Of a stretch of DNA of 64,000 nucleotides, positions 26,885 through 37,800 are shown one piece after another. This DNA is from Entomortierella parvispora E1425 (lineage: Eukaryota > Fungi > Mortierellomycota), in NCBI GenBank assembly GCA_020891255.1, contig BQFW01000008.1, positions 2,232,001 to 2,296,000 on the forward strand, in the 5' to 3' direction. Below the pieces are notes generated by a model that saw nothing but the letters and a program-made list of their open reading frames with translations, was not told the DNA's origin and searched no databases. A program made the position numbers and the translations under genes. The stretch's first letter is position 1; each line of letters begins with the position of its first letter.

Positions 26885-29143
26885 ATGACTCGGACTCGGC
26901 GGGAGATGGAGTCTATGTATGCTTTTGCCGATGACATCAACATACCACAGCTTCGAAACTCCATTCAAACGCTTATAACACATGCTAATTGTCTACCGTA
27001 ATTGTCCAGTTATCAACTTTGATCCCCGACTCTCAGATCCCCGCCCCTCAGATCCTCACCTCTCAGAGCGATGCCTTTCTCATTGATAGCTTTGGTCCCA
27101 AAGTAAGTGATCTCTGCTGTCCCGTGGTACTTGTGATTACTTCGGCTGGTTATTGAAGACAACTCTTCATTTTCGTTGTTTCAAGACACTGAATTTAGAT
27201 ATCGGTGGTGCTCGTGGCGCTGAACTACCAGACGCCTTGGAATCAATCGTGGGCGCCTTTTCCAAGATAGAAGAACTATTATTATCGGACTCACCCACTC
27301 TGCCTGATGATGAGTGCGATGAAGACGAAGACCAACTAGTTGCAAAACAAGTATCACCTATAGACAGTCTGGAGGTAGGAGAACTATTGCTTTTTTTATG
27401 CTTTTTTTTCATATTGATGCTGATCTCATTTACAGGCGTTAGAACGGAGCCGCATGCTTGTTAAAGCACAACAACTTCGCGCGGCCTCTGAATCAACTAA
27501 AGGATATGTTTTTGCCGATCGATTCATTGAGGTTGCCGCCAAATCGCTGGGTATTGACCTTGATCATCGCATCACTGAGCGTTTAGGCTGGGCTGGCCAG
27601 GAGAGAGCACCTCAGCTTTGTTTTTTTGTCTTGAAGAAGGACTTCGAGGAATGGAAGACAAGCCATGCGAATTTTCTTGGAGTTGAGTTCAGGACAGGAA
27701 GAGGACAATACATATACCATGGCTCCAGCCGAACTACTCTTGGACATCATGGCAAAGACGTGTTCAAGTGTAACCGATCAGGACACCTGAAAAAGACGAA
27801 AACGACTGATGGTAATGATACGGCTATGATTGGCACTGAACAGGCCGTGGTACGCAAACGTAACCGGAAGATCCTTAGGGAGACGATCAAGACAGGCTGC
27901 CTTTCAGAGATGAAGTGCATTTCTATGAGCAAGAAGCGCCTGGACGGGTCTTCTGTTGAGTGTTTTGAGATCATATACACCTTTGAGCACAACCATGCTC
28001 TTCCAGAGAGCGAGAACGATACAGGAACGAAATATCTGTCAGCAGAGTCGAGAGAAAAGATTAAGCGCCTTCTGCAACGGGGAGGGTTAGTCAAGGACGT
28101 CCTTCAGAGGATGCAGATGCATGCAAAGCGCTTCTCTGAGTTTGGAAAGAACAGGATATTCAGGGACGACATAATCACGTACCAGGATGTTTATAATATC
28201 TACCATCAGATGATGATAAAGGAGGTCGAGAGAGATAAAGACCCTGACTTGTCGGCAACAATGTGGATCGAGGAACTTGCAAAAGATGGGTACTACACCT
28301 GTTACCAATCTGGACTCTACTATGGCTTCTCGTCGCCGTGGCAGTTGGAGCAGCTGAAGCTGAACGGGAAGATTTTCTGCTTTGATGGAACACATAACGT
28401 CTACGGGTAAGTCCTAACTGAATTTTCACTTGCTCTTTCGTTGCTTGGTCTCTCTTCGATGGACCATATCATAATTCTCTAGGACACTATATCATTTTGT
28501 TAGGAATGACGCACAACTTTATACAATTGTTGTCAAGAGTCATGAAACAGGCTTTGGAATTCCAGTGGCCTTTCTTCTCACAAAGTCGACCGACCAGGAG
28601 ATATTCAAGACGTGGTTCAAGGGCTTGAAAAGCAGGATGTGGAACAATTTCCGAATTTCTTACGCCCCTGACTATGTCATAACGGACCAAGGGAATGTTG
28701 AGATTTGCGCCATAAAGTCTGCCTTCCCACTGGCTAAGATTCATTTCTGCGCCTGGCATGTTCTGCGCGCATGGGGTAAAAAAATTACCTTTGATTTGAT
28801 GGGCATCAACAGAGCTACCACAACTTTTGCAGAACGCGCTGGTCTCCGTGAACAGGTATGAAACGCTCACAGATACCCTCAATCAATCATAAGGGTCTGC
28901 TAAATTTTTTTTTGCCCATTCTACATATAGGTACTGGTCTTGCTCAAGACAATGATGTATGAGCCACAGTATTGGTGTCATGTGCGAAATCGGACTCGAA
29001 AATTATTTATCTGCATTCTGTTTGGCTCTGAGACAGCATTGATCGCTTTGTTTGCAATGATAGATCCAACACTCCCGTCAGCGATATTAACAAACTCGCG
29101 TAATGTCTTGATGACATCTTGTCATTATATGATAATTCGGTAA
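26885..29143 (+). mobile_element. Mutator-like (MULE/MuDR) transposase, apparently 3'-truncated; no TIRs recognised
   Basis: GCLSEM...YTFEHNH zinc-finger-like segment, FCFDGTHNVYG (first catalytic D), GIPVAFLLT, VITDQGNVEICAIKSAFP..IHFCAWHVLRAW (second D, CxxH). No TNNxxE third-residue region seen downstream. Outer limits approximate. Confidence 0.8.
27021..27065 (+). repeat. Three tandem 15-bp imperfect repeats (GATCCCCGACTCTCA-like) in the 5' part of the MULE
   Basis: GATCCCCGACTCTCA / GATCCCCGCCCCTCA / GATCCTCACCTCTCA. Confidence 0.7.
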
Positions 29144-29747
29144 GGATAGGCTGCCCTTCTACAACTGAAAGGAAATGACACTTCGTCAGGCAAATCTGAC
29201 ACGTTTTTTTTTCTATGCTACTTTTCTAGGTGATCCTGAACCACAGGTAAATCTATTGTGACTGGTTATCTCGTCAACCACAGTACCATTGATGAAAACT
29301 AAGCCACTTTGTCAGCTTCTAGGTTCACCGGCAGGCATCGTAATGCAACAAGCAACGCAACGGGCGCGGTGGGCTTCCGGGTGCAAGAGAAGTCAGACGA
29401 TGGAGATTATATAGTGGCTGCAAGGCCTCCAAAGTGTCTAGCACCTAACACGCAAGTAGCTTAGAAGCCAAGCCACATCTCTGTGAGCACGATTGTTAGA
29501 ATAAAAAAAAAAAAAATCGCAATGCAATACGCCACCAAAAAAAAGGAACGCTTCGCTCATTCGACGCGCATCCGCGATGCGATGAATGGATCCCTTTTTT
29601 GTTGTTCCTCTTTGCTTTTTCTTCTCTCACTGTACCCCTGCCAGCGGTGCCACCTCGCTGCTGTCTCTGTCCCTCGCTCATCACTCTCTCCCCTTCCTTC
29701 TCTCTCCCCTTGTACTCCGCAACTAATTCTCCCCCTCGCTCACGACC

Positions 29748-32700
29748 ATGATCACCGCCGGAGCCAGCCAGGACAGAGTCCCGACATCGCAGGACTTCCT
29801 TTCGCAAACACAAGATGCCAGTGTCGATACTCTATTCCAGAAGGTCATATTTTACCTCAACCCTTTCCTCGGTGCGGAAAAAGTCGCAAAGGTATGACCC
29901 TAGTTGGAGCAATGGACATGGACCGTCTCCTTTAACCCTGGCGCATTGGACCTTGGTTGACAAGAAACGCCACCAATTTTTTTTATTTTCCCACCAGCTC
30001 GAGTCAAGTCTCTGTAGACACGGAGCTGTCATGACTACATCCTCTGTTGACACGCGAGGCGCCTCAATCACCACTCATATTATCACGGATGACCTTGACT
30101 TTCCCGACTACAAACACGCAAAAGCTAGGGGTATCGACATTGTCAAGGTGAGTTGTAAATTCCTTGTTGTCATGCGTAGCGCCTCAAGTGGAATGTGAAC
30201 TTTTTCTTAACATTAAGGTCTTTGGTCTTTTATTTCCAGCCTGAATGGGTTTATCGCTCAATAGCCTTAAACTCCTTACAAGAGTAAGAACATGTACATT
30301 GACTCCAACACCTCTTGTAATGACCGTCGCCTAACAATTCTCAACATTGTGTTCATAGTCCGTCCCGTTTCTCTGCCGACCCTTATTATATTTTCTCCGG
30401 GGTTGTACTTACAACAACAGGAGTAAGGAAACTTCGAAATCATTGGTCTTTTATCTTTCTGTGTTCGCCTACTAACTGTGACATTATTTGCTTAGCTGCC
30501 GGCTTATGACCGAAAATTGGTCCGCGAGGCCGTCGAGAAATTTGGTGGTAGCTATGTAAATGGAGTAACAGAGGATCTTACACACTTGATCGCCTTAGCA
30601 GCAACAGGGGTAAGTTCTTTGGATTCTCATATATGAGGTCAGCTGTATTCGTCAGCCTGAAATAACCATGTCATCATGTAATATTTCTGATCACTCTAGG
30701 ATAAATACGATTATGTTATGGATAACCCAGAGCTGAAAATCAAGGTCGTCCTTCCTACCTGGTTCCAACTCTGCTGCAATATGGGGTGTCTTTTTCCAGA
30801 GGTATATTCAAATGGATGTGTGCACATGAGAGTTGCTTTCGGCGAACCATACAACTAACACCTCTCCTCATCTTAATAGAACGTATACGAATTTCCTGAC
30901 CCGCCCATGCAAAACCCTTCGTTCGACCCATCTCAACTGGAAGTTGCGAGCTTGGGCGCCCCTCAACTCTATTCCAACAGTGTCAAGTCCGTGGCTGCAT
31001 TTCTGAACTCTCCTAGCCAAGGGCATGGCATGTTTTTGGATGGACTTCGCATTGTTCTGGGGGAAGATCTTACCATGCTGCCAGACCTTAGAACAAAATT
31101 CGTGGAGAAAATTGAATACGCTGGCGGAATTGTACTGAACAACGCAGGGGACTTTTCCAAGGAGGACGTCGATGTTGTCATCTGCCGGTTCAGATCAGGA
31201 CCCCTGTATACCAAGGTATAATTCTATTTATCAGTCATCGTGACGGCGTTACTCAATTTATCTGCCAGTTTATGATAGAGCTCTTAGTAACGTTCCCTTC
31301 ATTCCCTTCTTCCGCTCTGGAATAATAGGCGAGTAAGGATGGAAAAATTGTGGCCACTGCGGACTGGCTGTTGCATGTTTTGCAAACTGGCGCCATATCA
31401 TCTCCAAAAGCTTCTCTACTTCATTACCCGATTCCCAATGAACCAATCGCGGGCATGTCATCACTTATCATCACCGTCTCAAACTACACCGGCTCTATTC
31501 GCGAATATCTAAAGCGTTTGGTTCAAGCTACAGGAGCAACATACAAGCCAAACCTGACAAGTCAGGCTTCTCCAGATCCTACCACTCACATCATATGTGG
31601 AAAGTAAGTGCAGGGTCATTAGTAAAGCCAACATTACATACCTTGATCTAACCTTGCGCTCATTCTATTTTATTAGCGCTTCTGGAGACAAATACGAAAA
31701 AGGTCAAGAGTGGAACGTTAAAATCGTCAACCACCTCTGGATTGAAGACTGCTTTCAACGCTGGTCCATGCAAAGTGAGACCCAACACCGCTATACAATG
31801 TTTCCACCTTTCAACCAACTATCTTTGGTCTTTGGATCAAAAATCTCACCAGAATCTGCTGAGGACTGGTATCTTTCTGCAGAGGACGATGAGGATATTA
31901 CACTGGTGAAACACGAGGAAGTCGAAGGCGTTGTCAAGGATATTATCAAGCAGGACGATCCTTCTTTGAAGCGCTCCCAGAGCCCGATTCCAAAAGTCGA
32001 GGCATCTTCAAAACTAACAGATGTCCAGCCGACCTCGAAATCTGGCCCCCCCATTGACCGTTCATCACCACCGCCGACTCTTACTGTCTCAAAACACACA
32101 GTTTTACAGACAAGAGCTAAGACTTCACCTGTGCCCAATACCAGGACTCCCTTATCTCCACCGACGCTGCCTTCTGGAACCATTGCCTCTCCTTCATCTA
32201 CGCCTATCGGCCCACTAGCAGCTTCAACATCAGACACGTTCGCCTCACCTCCGCCCACCGCAATGTCTTCGCCAATGAAGAGCAAACCCAAAAGAGCAAA
32301 GGAAACTTCTCCAGAGTCAATACCAACCCCAGGAGAGAGCCCTGCCCCGCGTAGTAGAATGCGGGGTGCTGCCATGGCAGCGGCCACTGCGCTCAAAAAT
32401 CTTGTGCCAGACATGAATAACTTTCAAGAGGAGCTTCAGAACGAAAAGAAGGCGTCCAAGAAAAAGAAGAAGACTGCAATTGTGGACGATGCTGTGGAAG
32501 AGGATGCTTCAGACATGGAAGTTGATGCTGAGTCAAGCAAAACTACCGCTGCTTCATCATCCCCTCCCAAGAGAAAACGAGTGAGCGTTGCTGGTGAGGG
32601 CCGGAGTTCGCCCATTGAAAGCGACGACGATGATAACTCGACCGCCAATAGCAGTCGAGATGAAATTACACTAATCTCCAAGGGACCGGCCAAGAAGGTC

Positions 32701-33671
32701 AGACGCACGACAAAGGCCGAAAAAGAGAAGGAAGTCGCAGCTCCTGTGGAGGCGATGGAAACAGCCTCAAGTACTCAATCAGGCAAGAAGGACGCGAAGC
32801 AGGCGATACGCTACATCACTACTGGCCTTCCAAAGGAGCCTGCAGCAAAGCAACTTAAAGTCCTAAAGTCTCTTGGCATCTCTCCCACAACCTCCATCGA
32901 CCGCTCTACACACCTTGTCGCCAAAGGCATTTCTCGCACAGAAAAGTTTTTGGTGGCCGTAGCACAGGGCAAGGTGATTGTTCACGAGGATTGGCTTCAA
33001 GCTTGTATAGATGCCAATTCTGTCCTAGGTGAGTGTCAGACTTCGAGTCTTCTCTTTGCTTTTTCTTTTTTTTTTTTTTTTTGTGGTGAACCATTACATA
33101 TCACATATTGATGAAATGCTTTTTTACCTTTTCTGGGATAGACGAGAACGAATATCGAATCCAGGACGTAGAAAATGAGGAAAAGTTTGGTATGGACCTG
33201 TCCCAGTCGTTAAAGATCGCACGGGAGAAGCGAGTCTTTGAGGACCATGTATTTTACATCTCACCTTCGGTTGTGCCCAAGCCTGCGGCCCTGAAGACTC
33301 TTGTCGAGGCAGGAGGTGGTCGGACTTCGGCTCTGCTCCATACAGGTTTGAACTTTCTGAAGGAGACCATCCAAAAGCAGAAAGAAAGGGAAGCCCAGTC
33401 TGAATCTGAATCACGAGGATCCAAAGGACGAGGCCAAAGCAAAGCAAAGGGAGCCAAAAAGAGTGACGGCGCCGACCACGACGAGGACAACGGCGAGGGC
33501 GAGGACGAGGATGAAGACAAGGAGACGATTGCAGTAATCTCATGCGAGGATGACCGCGAGATGTGGGGGCCGATTCTGGAGGCCAAGGCCCACGTATACT
33601 CTCACGAGTTGATCATCCAGAGCATCCTGCGGCAAAGCGTAGATTTGGGAGCCACCCACGCCCTCGCGTAG
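29748..33671 (+). CDS. Multi-BRCT DNA damage scaffold, Brc1/Rtt107/PTIP-like (multi-exon)
   Basis: Several N-terminal BRCT exons (THLI, PTWF, THIICG, NHLWIEDC), a Ser/Pro-rich linker, and a C-terminal tandem BRCT (THLVAKGISRTEKFL...HEDWL; VFEDHVFYISP..VEAGGG). Confidence 0.85.
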
Positions 33672-33680
33672 TATGTACAG
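33554..33680 (+). repeat. 127-bp direct repeat, copy A (last codons and stop of the BRCT gene)
   Basis: CCGCGAGATGTGGGG...GCGTAGTATGTACAG, identical to 34570-34696. Confidence 0.95.
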
Positions 33681-34026
33681 TGGTAGAGTGGTAATCAACG
33701 AGAAAATGCGAACGTCACGTCACGTGATTTCTATGTGAAACACTGCGAATGGAGCAATTCCGCACTGAGAAGGGTAGTTCTGGGAGTGGGAACGGAGAGA
33801 ACGGGCTCATTTTTGGAACAACCCCAAAAGCACCTCTGAAAATGCAAATGCGAGCGAAGCTCGATTAAAAAAAAATCCCCTTCTCATGAGGTTGGCCTAC
33901 CTGGATCTTTCTATTTCTCTATCTCTTGGCCCGACTCGACTTACCCTCATCTTCTACAACGCTCTCTGGTGATCTTCACAGTGACGATTGAGAAGAACAT
34001 CATCATCATGGAAACTGTTTTATTAG

Positions 34027-34057
<31 letters not shown>

Positions 34058-34058
<1 letters not shown>

Positions 34059-34819
34059 CAGAGTTCGTCAATTGTCGTTGTTGACTGAGCCTGAGCTCCC
34101 ACTGTGTTGCCCTTACGCTTTGTCTGACGATCTCGAAGTGATTTTTGGAAAACAGCTATCTTTAGGCTTGAATCATCCAACTCCTTCTGGAGGATCGAGA
34201 TGGCCTGGTCGTGGGTCTGGTTCTCGTGCTCCATAATGAACTCGATCTCCCGGATGATGGTCTCTCGGTTGTTGATGTAACGGTATTCACTTCTGTATGC
34301 CTCCTGAGTGGGATATCCAAGTCTTTTGTCCAATTTCTGCACAGGATAAAGGCGATCGAATTCAGAAACAACGGCGCGAATAGTGTCTGCCTTCCTACTG
34401 AATTGAAATGGACCTATGACTGTTGCTGGCCTGCAAGCCAACCCTTGAGTGCCGATTGTTGTTGCCATTGCTGCTGTTGTAGCTGTTGTTGTTGTTGCTG
34501 TTGTTGTTGATGATGATGATGACGCCGATGCTGATAACGATGATGTGGTTGGTTCCATATCGACGTCCTCCGCGAGATGTGGGGGCCGATTCTGGAGGCC
34601 AAGGCCCACGTATACTCTCACGAGTTGATCATCCAGAGCATCCTGCGGCAAAGCGTAGATTTGGGAGCCACCCACGCCCTCGCGTAGTATGTACAGCTAA
34701 ACTCCCCGAAATGCATAAAGACGTGAGAATAAATTAGTTGAAAATATAAAGGTTTGTACTTTTGTCCTCGGATTTTTTGTTGCACTTACCGATGATGCTG
34801 TAAAGAAGATTGTGCTCAT
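34058..34819 (-). other. Chimeric ORF ending in a GCR1_C-like DNA-binding domain (Crypton-type 3' fragment)
   Basis: FQFSRKADTIRAVVSEF...YINNRETIIREIEF...QAISILQKEL...LR resembles GCR1_C. The upstream part is the antisense 127-bp BRCT-gene copy. A putative intron at 34789-34697 links it to an ATG at 34819 (222 aa). Confidence 0.6.
34570..34696 (+). repeat. 127-bp direct repeat, copy B (captured host-gene fragment abutting the Fanzor 3' region)
   Basis: Identical to 33554-33680, offset 1016 bp; flanks on both sides differ from copy A. Confidence 0.95.
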
Positions 34820-34850
34820 TCCACATGAGCCTCACTCGCGCGAGTGAACT
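34677..34850 (-). ncRNA. Candidate Fanzor omegaRNA (scaffold from ORF end to 34697, plus flank-derived guide)
   Basis: Position 3' of the Fanzor ORF; palindrome TCACTCGCGCGAGTGA (34847-34832) over the stop codon; GCTCAT-5nt-ATGAGC hairpin (34830-34814); sharp sequence boundary at 34697. RNA limits are inferred. Confidence 0.4.
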
Positions 34851-37800
34851 TTGGCGAGCGCTTTGTCGAAAGGCGCTGGCCATGTCTGTGTTTGTAGTTG
34901 AGTACCCAGACATCTGGAGAGATTTTCGCCAGCGTTATGGTCTCTGTCGATGTCCCAAATGCAGTTTTCACAGAGGATGGATCTGCCTTGCTGAACTGCC
35001 CGGAAGCGACATCGGCTGCAGAACTGACTGGACCGAAACTCCGGGAGCTTCACCGCTGGGATGCCATTGGCATTCGCCTATAATGTATAAGAGAACCAGA
35101 TGTTAGATATAACACCCCTTACTCTCTTTGAAAACCGACTCCAGCAACACTTACTGTCCGCGCTAGTTCGTCCAAGGTTTTTTCCTTTCGGCCGCCAAAG
35201 TCCCCGTCACCTATTCCAAGAACGGCTGGCGTCTCTCGATACTCCTGAACTTCAGTCGGTGGAATATTCGGGTGGGGAATATGCGCCATCTTGATAGCCG
35301 CTGCACAGACCAAGCTTTTGTCGCTTCGAATCGCCGTCCTCATATCATAAAGATCCTTCTTGAAACTGATTGATCCGTAAAAGATCCTTAGCTTCTCAAA
35401 TGCAGCGAGGCGAGGTCTGAGCCAGTCTAAGTGGTTGCTATAGAGTGCGCTGGCAGCTGCCCTCCAATCGCAAACCGTTGTCCCGTTTTCCTGTGTGACC
35501 TTCACTTGTACGGGAGCAACATCTGCAATCAATGTGTTCTCCAGTTTGTCGATCCCATGGGTCTTTTTCTTTGCGTTTAGACATCCAATGTATCGCTTTT
35601 GAATGTCTTTAGCCACGGTGTCGGTGATATCGAGGGTCTGTGAAAAGTCAGGGTACTTGGTGTGTACTGCGACCACGCTTGCAGGTTTCGCCCGGCCTGG
35701 ATCTACCCCGATCCCGATAAAATGCGGGCCACCCAAAGACTGAACACGCTGCGCTGTTGAAAAGAGGTCCTGGACATATGGTAGGGTTTTCGCATGTACT
35801 GCTGCAGCCTTTACGCCTGCGAGGTTTGGCTGTACCACCTGTCCCTGCCCTGAATTTCCATGTCCAACACTAGAACTCTCATTAGGATTTTCAGTCTCAC
35901 TTCCAGGCAGGCTCTCCTCCAGCACAGGATCAGGAGACGTCCAAAGCTCTGAGTCGTATATATCCAAGGATGAAGGTAAAGCGGAAGATGCAGCAAAAGG
36001 TAGAGCGGAAGGCAGAGCAAGAAAACCTTCCTCTGGAGCTACGGCAGGGATATTGTGCTGATAACCACTGCCAGTAGGACTGGGGTTGCTCTTCGTATTC
36101 TTCTTTGGGCGTAATGTGGTCAAATCAAAAGCCAACACATGGAGGTTATGACCGTCCGTCTTGATGACACCCGTCGGAACATAGTGTCTTCGAGGTGTGT
36201 TCTCGGCGCTACTGCTCGACCCCGCATGCAGACCATGTAGAGTCACGTCTCGCAGTTGTCGTTGTTGTGTAGCTGACATGTTGCTTAAAATGTCCTTCAG
36301 CCGTTGTAGTTCAACCTCCATCGACTTAAGGGCGTTCGAGATTGATCCACTAGTCGTATGGATGTTCGCGATGGTGGGGGGAGGGTTACCAGGAAGCTGT
36401 GACCATTGCCCCTGAAACACCGAGATACGATGGAGTATGTCTTGAGAATCTGCCAGCCCTGGGTCCTGTTTTTTAGCCAAACTGGAGCATTCCTTCAGGA
36501 GAGCGCAGAGTGTTTTGTCGATTGATGTGTATTCATCCAGGTGCTCCAGCTCTGTTTGAATTCTCAGGCGCGAATCAGGGATGAACAAAGCGCGATCACT
36601 GTTCATGGCCGGGTTCATGAGAGCAGTGCCACGTCTGTACGAGGTATTTTTCGACATGAAAAAGTTGAAAAATAGCTCCCCTCTGTGGGCGATTGCTCGC
36701 TGTTCGGCGGCCACGACCGTTCCAGTGAAGATTGCACCTAGTGCACTCTTTGTAGCTGGTGTAGGTTTGAGGTGTCGGCATGCATCAACGAACTCCCTTT
36801 CGGTTAGGTCCAGGTCCCGGTCTTTGAAGGCGATCACAGGGAATAGCGCAACTTGACTGTCGGGTCGCAGTAACGCGTTCAGGAGCAAGTGAACGGATAC
36901 GGGATCGTGCAGCTTTGACCGACCAGTGCCTTCAATCGAATCCAGGAAAAGTCGTCCTTGCTCGGACTTTGAGAATTGTATCTGCTGGACAAGAACCTAG
37001 CGAACAGGACAGAGACAAGAGTGAGCGACGAGCAAAGAGACAAAGACCATAAAACATCGCACTATGAATGTCAAGCACTTACTCGCTGCTTAAGTTCGCC
37101 GACGTTTCTCAGAACAAGGCTGCAGATTAAGTCGTGCGCGCTGCGTGCGCAAGATTCCAAGAACTTGGCGCTGACCGCCTTCTCTGGTCTCTTTGTAAAG
37201 GGGTCGAATAAGATCCCGCCGGCCTGCTGGTTGCTATGCTTCTTTTTGAACTCCAGTACCACCGTAAACGCAAGCCGCTGTGTGCCTTCGCACTTGAGCT
37301 GAGTGAGGGTAGCATCTGTAAGATCGTTCCATCTCCAAAGGGCTCGTACCACATGATATACGAAGATTTGACTTGTGTAGACTGGACCAAGTGCATCTTT
37401 TCTTTTCTTGACGTCGTCCTCGTCAAGAGTGGGGTGAGACTTGAAAATAGACAACGCATAGTCTTGCAATACCGCGATCGCCGACCAAATTGCGTCAGAG
37501 TTTGCTTTGACCAGGTCCATTATTATTGTCCGCATGGATCGGTACGTATCCTGTACTTCCAATAGTGTCGATCCCTTCATCTGGCTTTCAAGTCCTTTGT
37601 AAAGTGTGGAGCACAGAGTACCCGGCTGGAGTGACACCTGGGAAAACGTTGTTTCCAGAGTGGCTTTAATGTGCGTGGTATCGTGCTCCCTCCTTGCCGC
37701 AGTGACTGAGCCAGCCGAAGACGTCAAGTCACCCATCTGTTTGTTTACAGCATGTCGCGCCTTTCTGCTTGAACGGTTGTAAATGGGCTTGGAGGTAGCG

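Noticed and set aside
34033-34060. 26-nt A run (minus strand) starting at the stop codon of the GCR1_C ORF, suggesting a retroposed mRNA with the 127-bp repeat as TSD
   Set aside because: The repeat copies do not flank the insert directly (~350 bp lie between the A run and copy A), and long A/T runs are common throughout this window.
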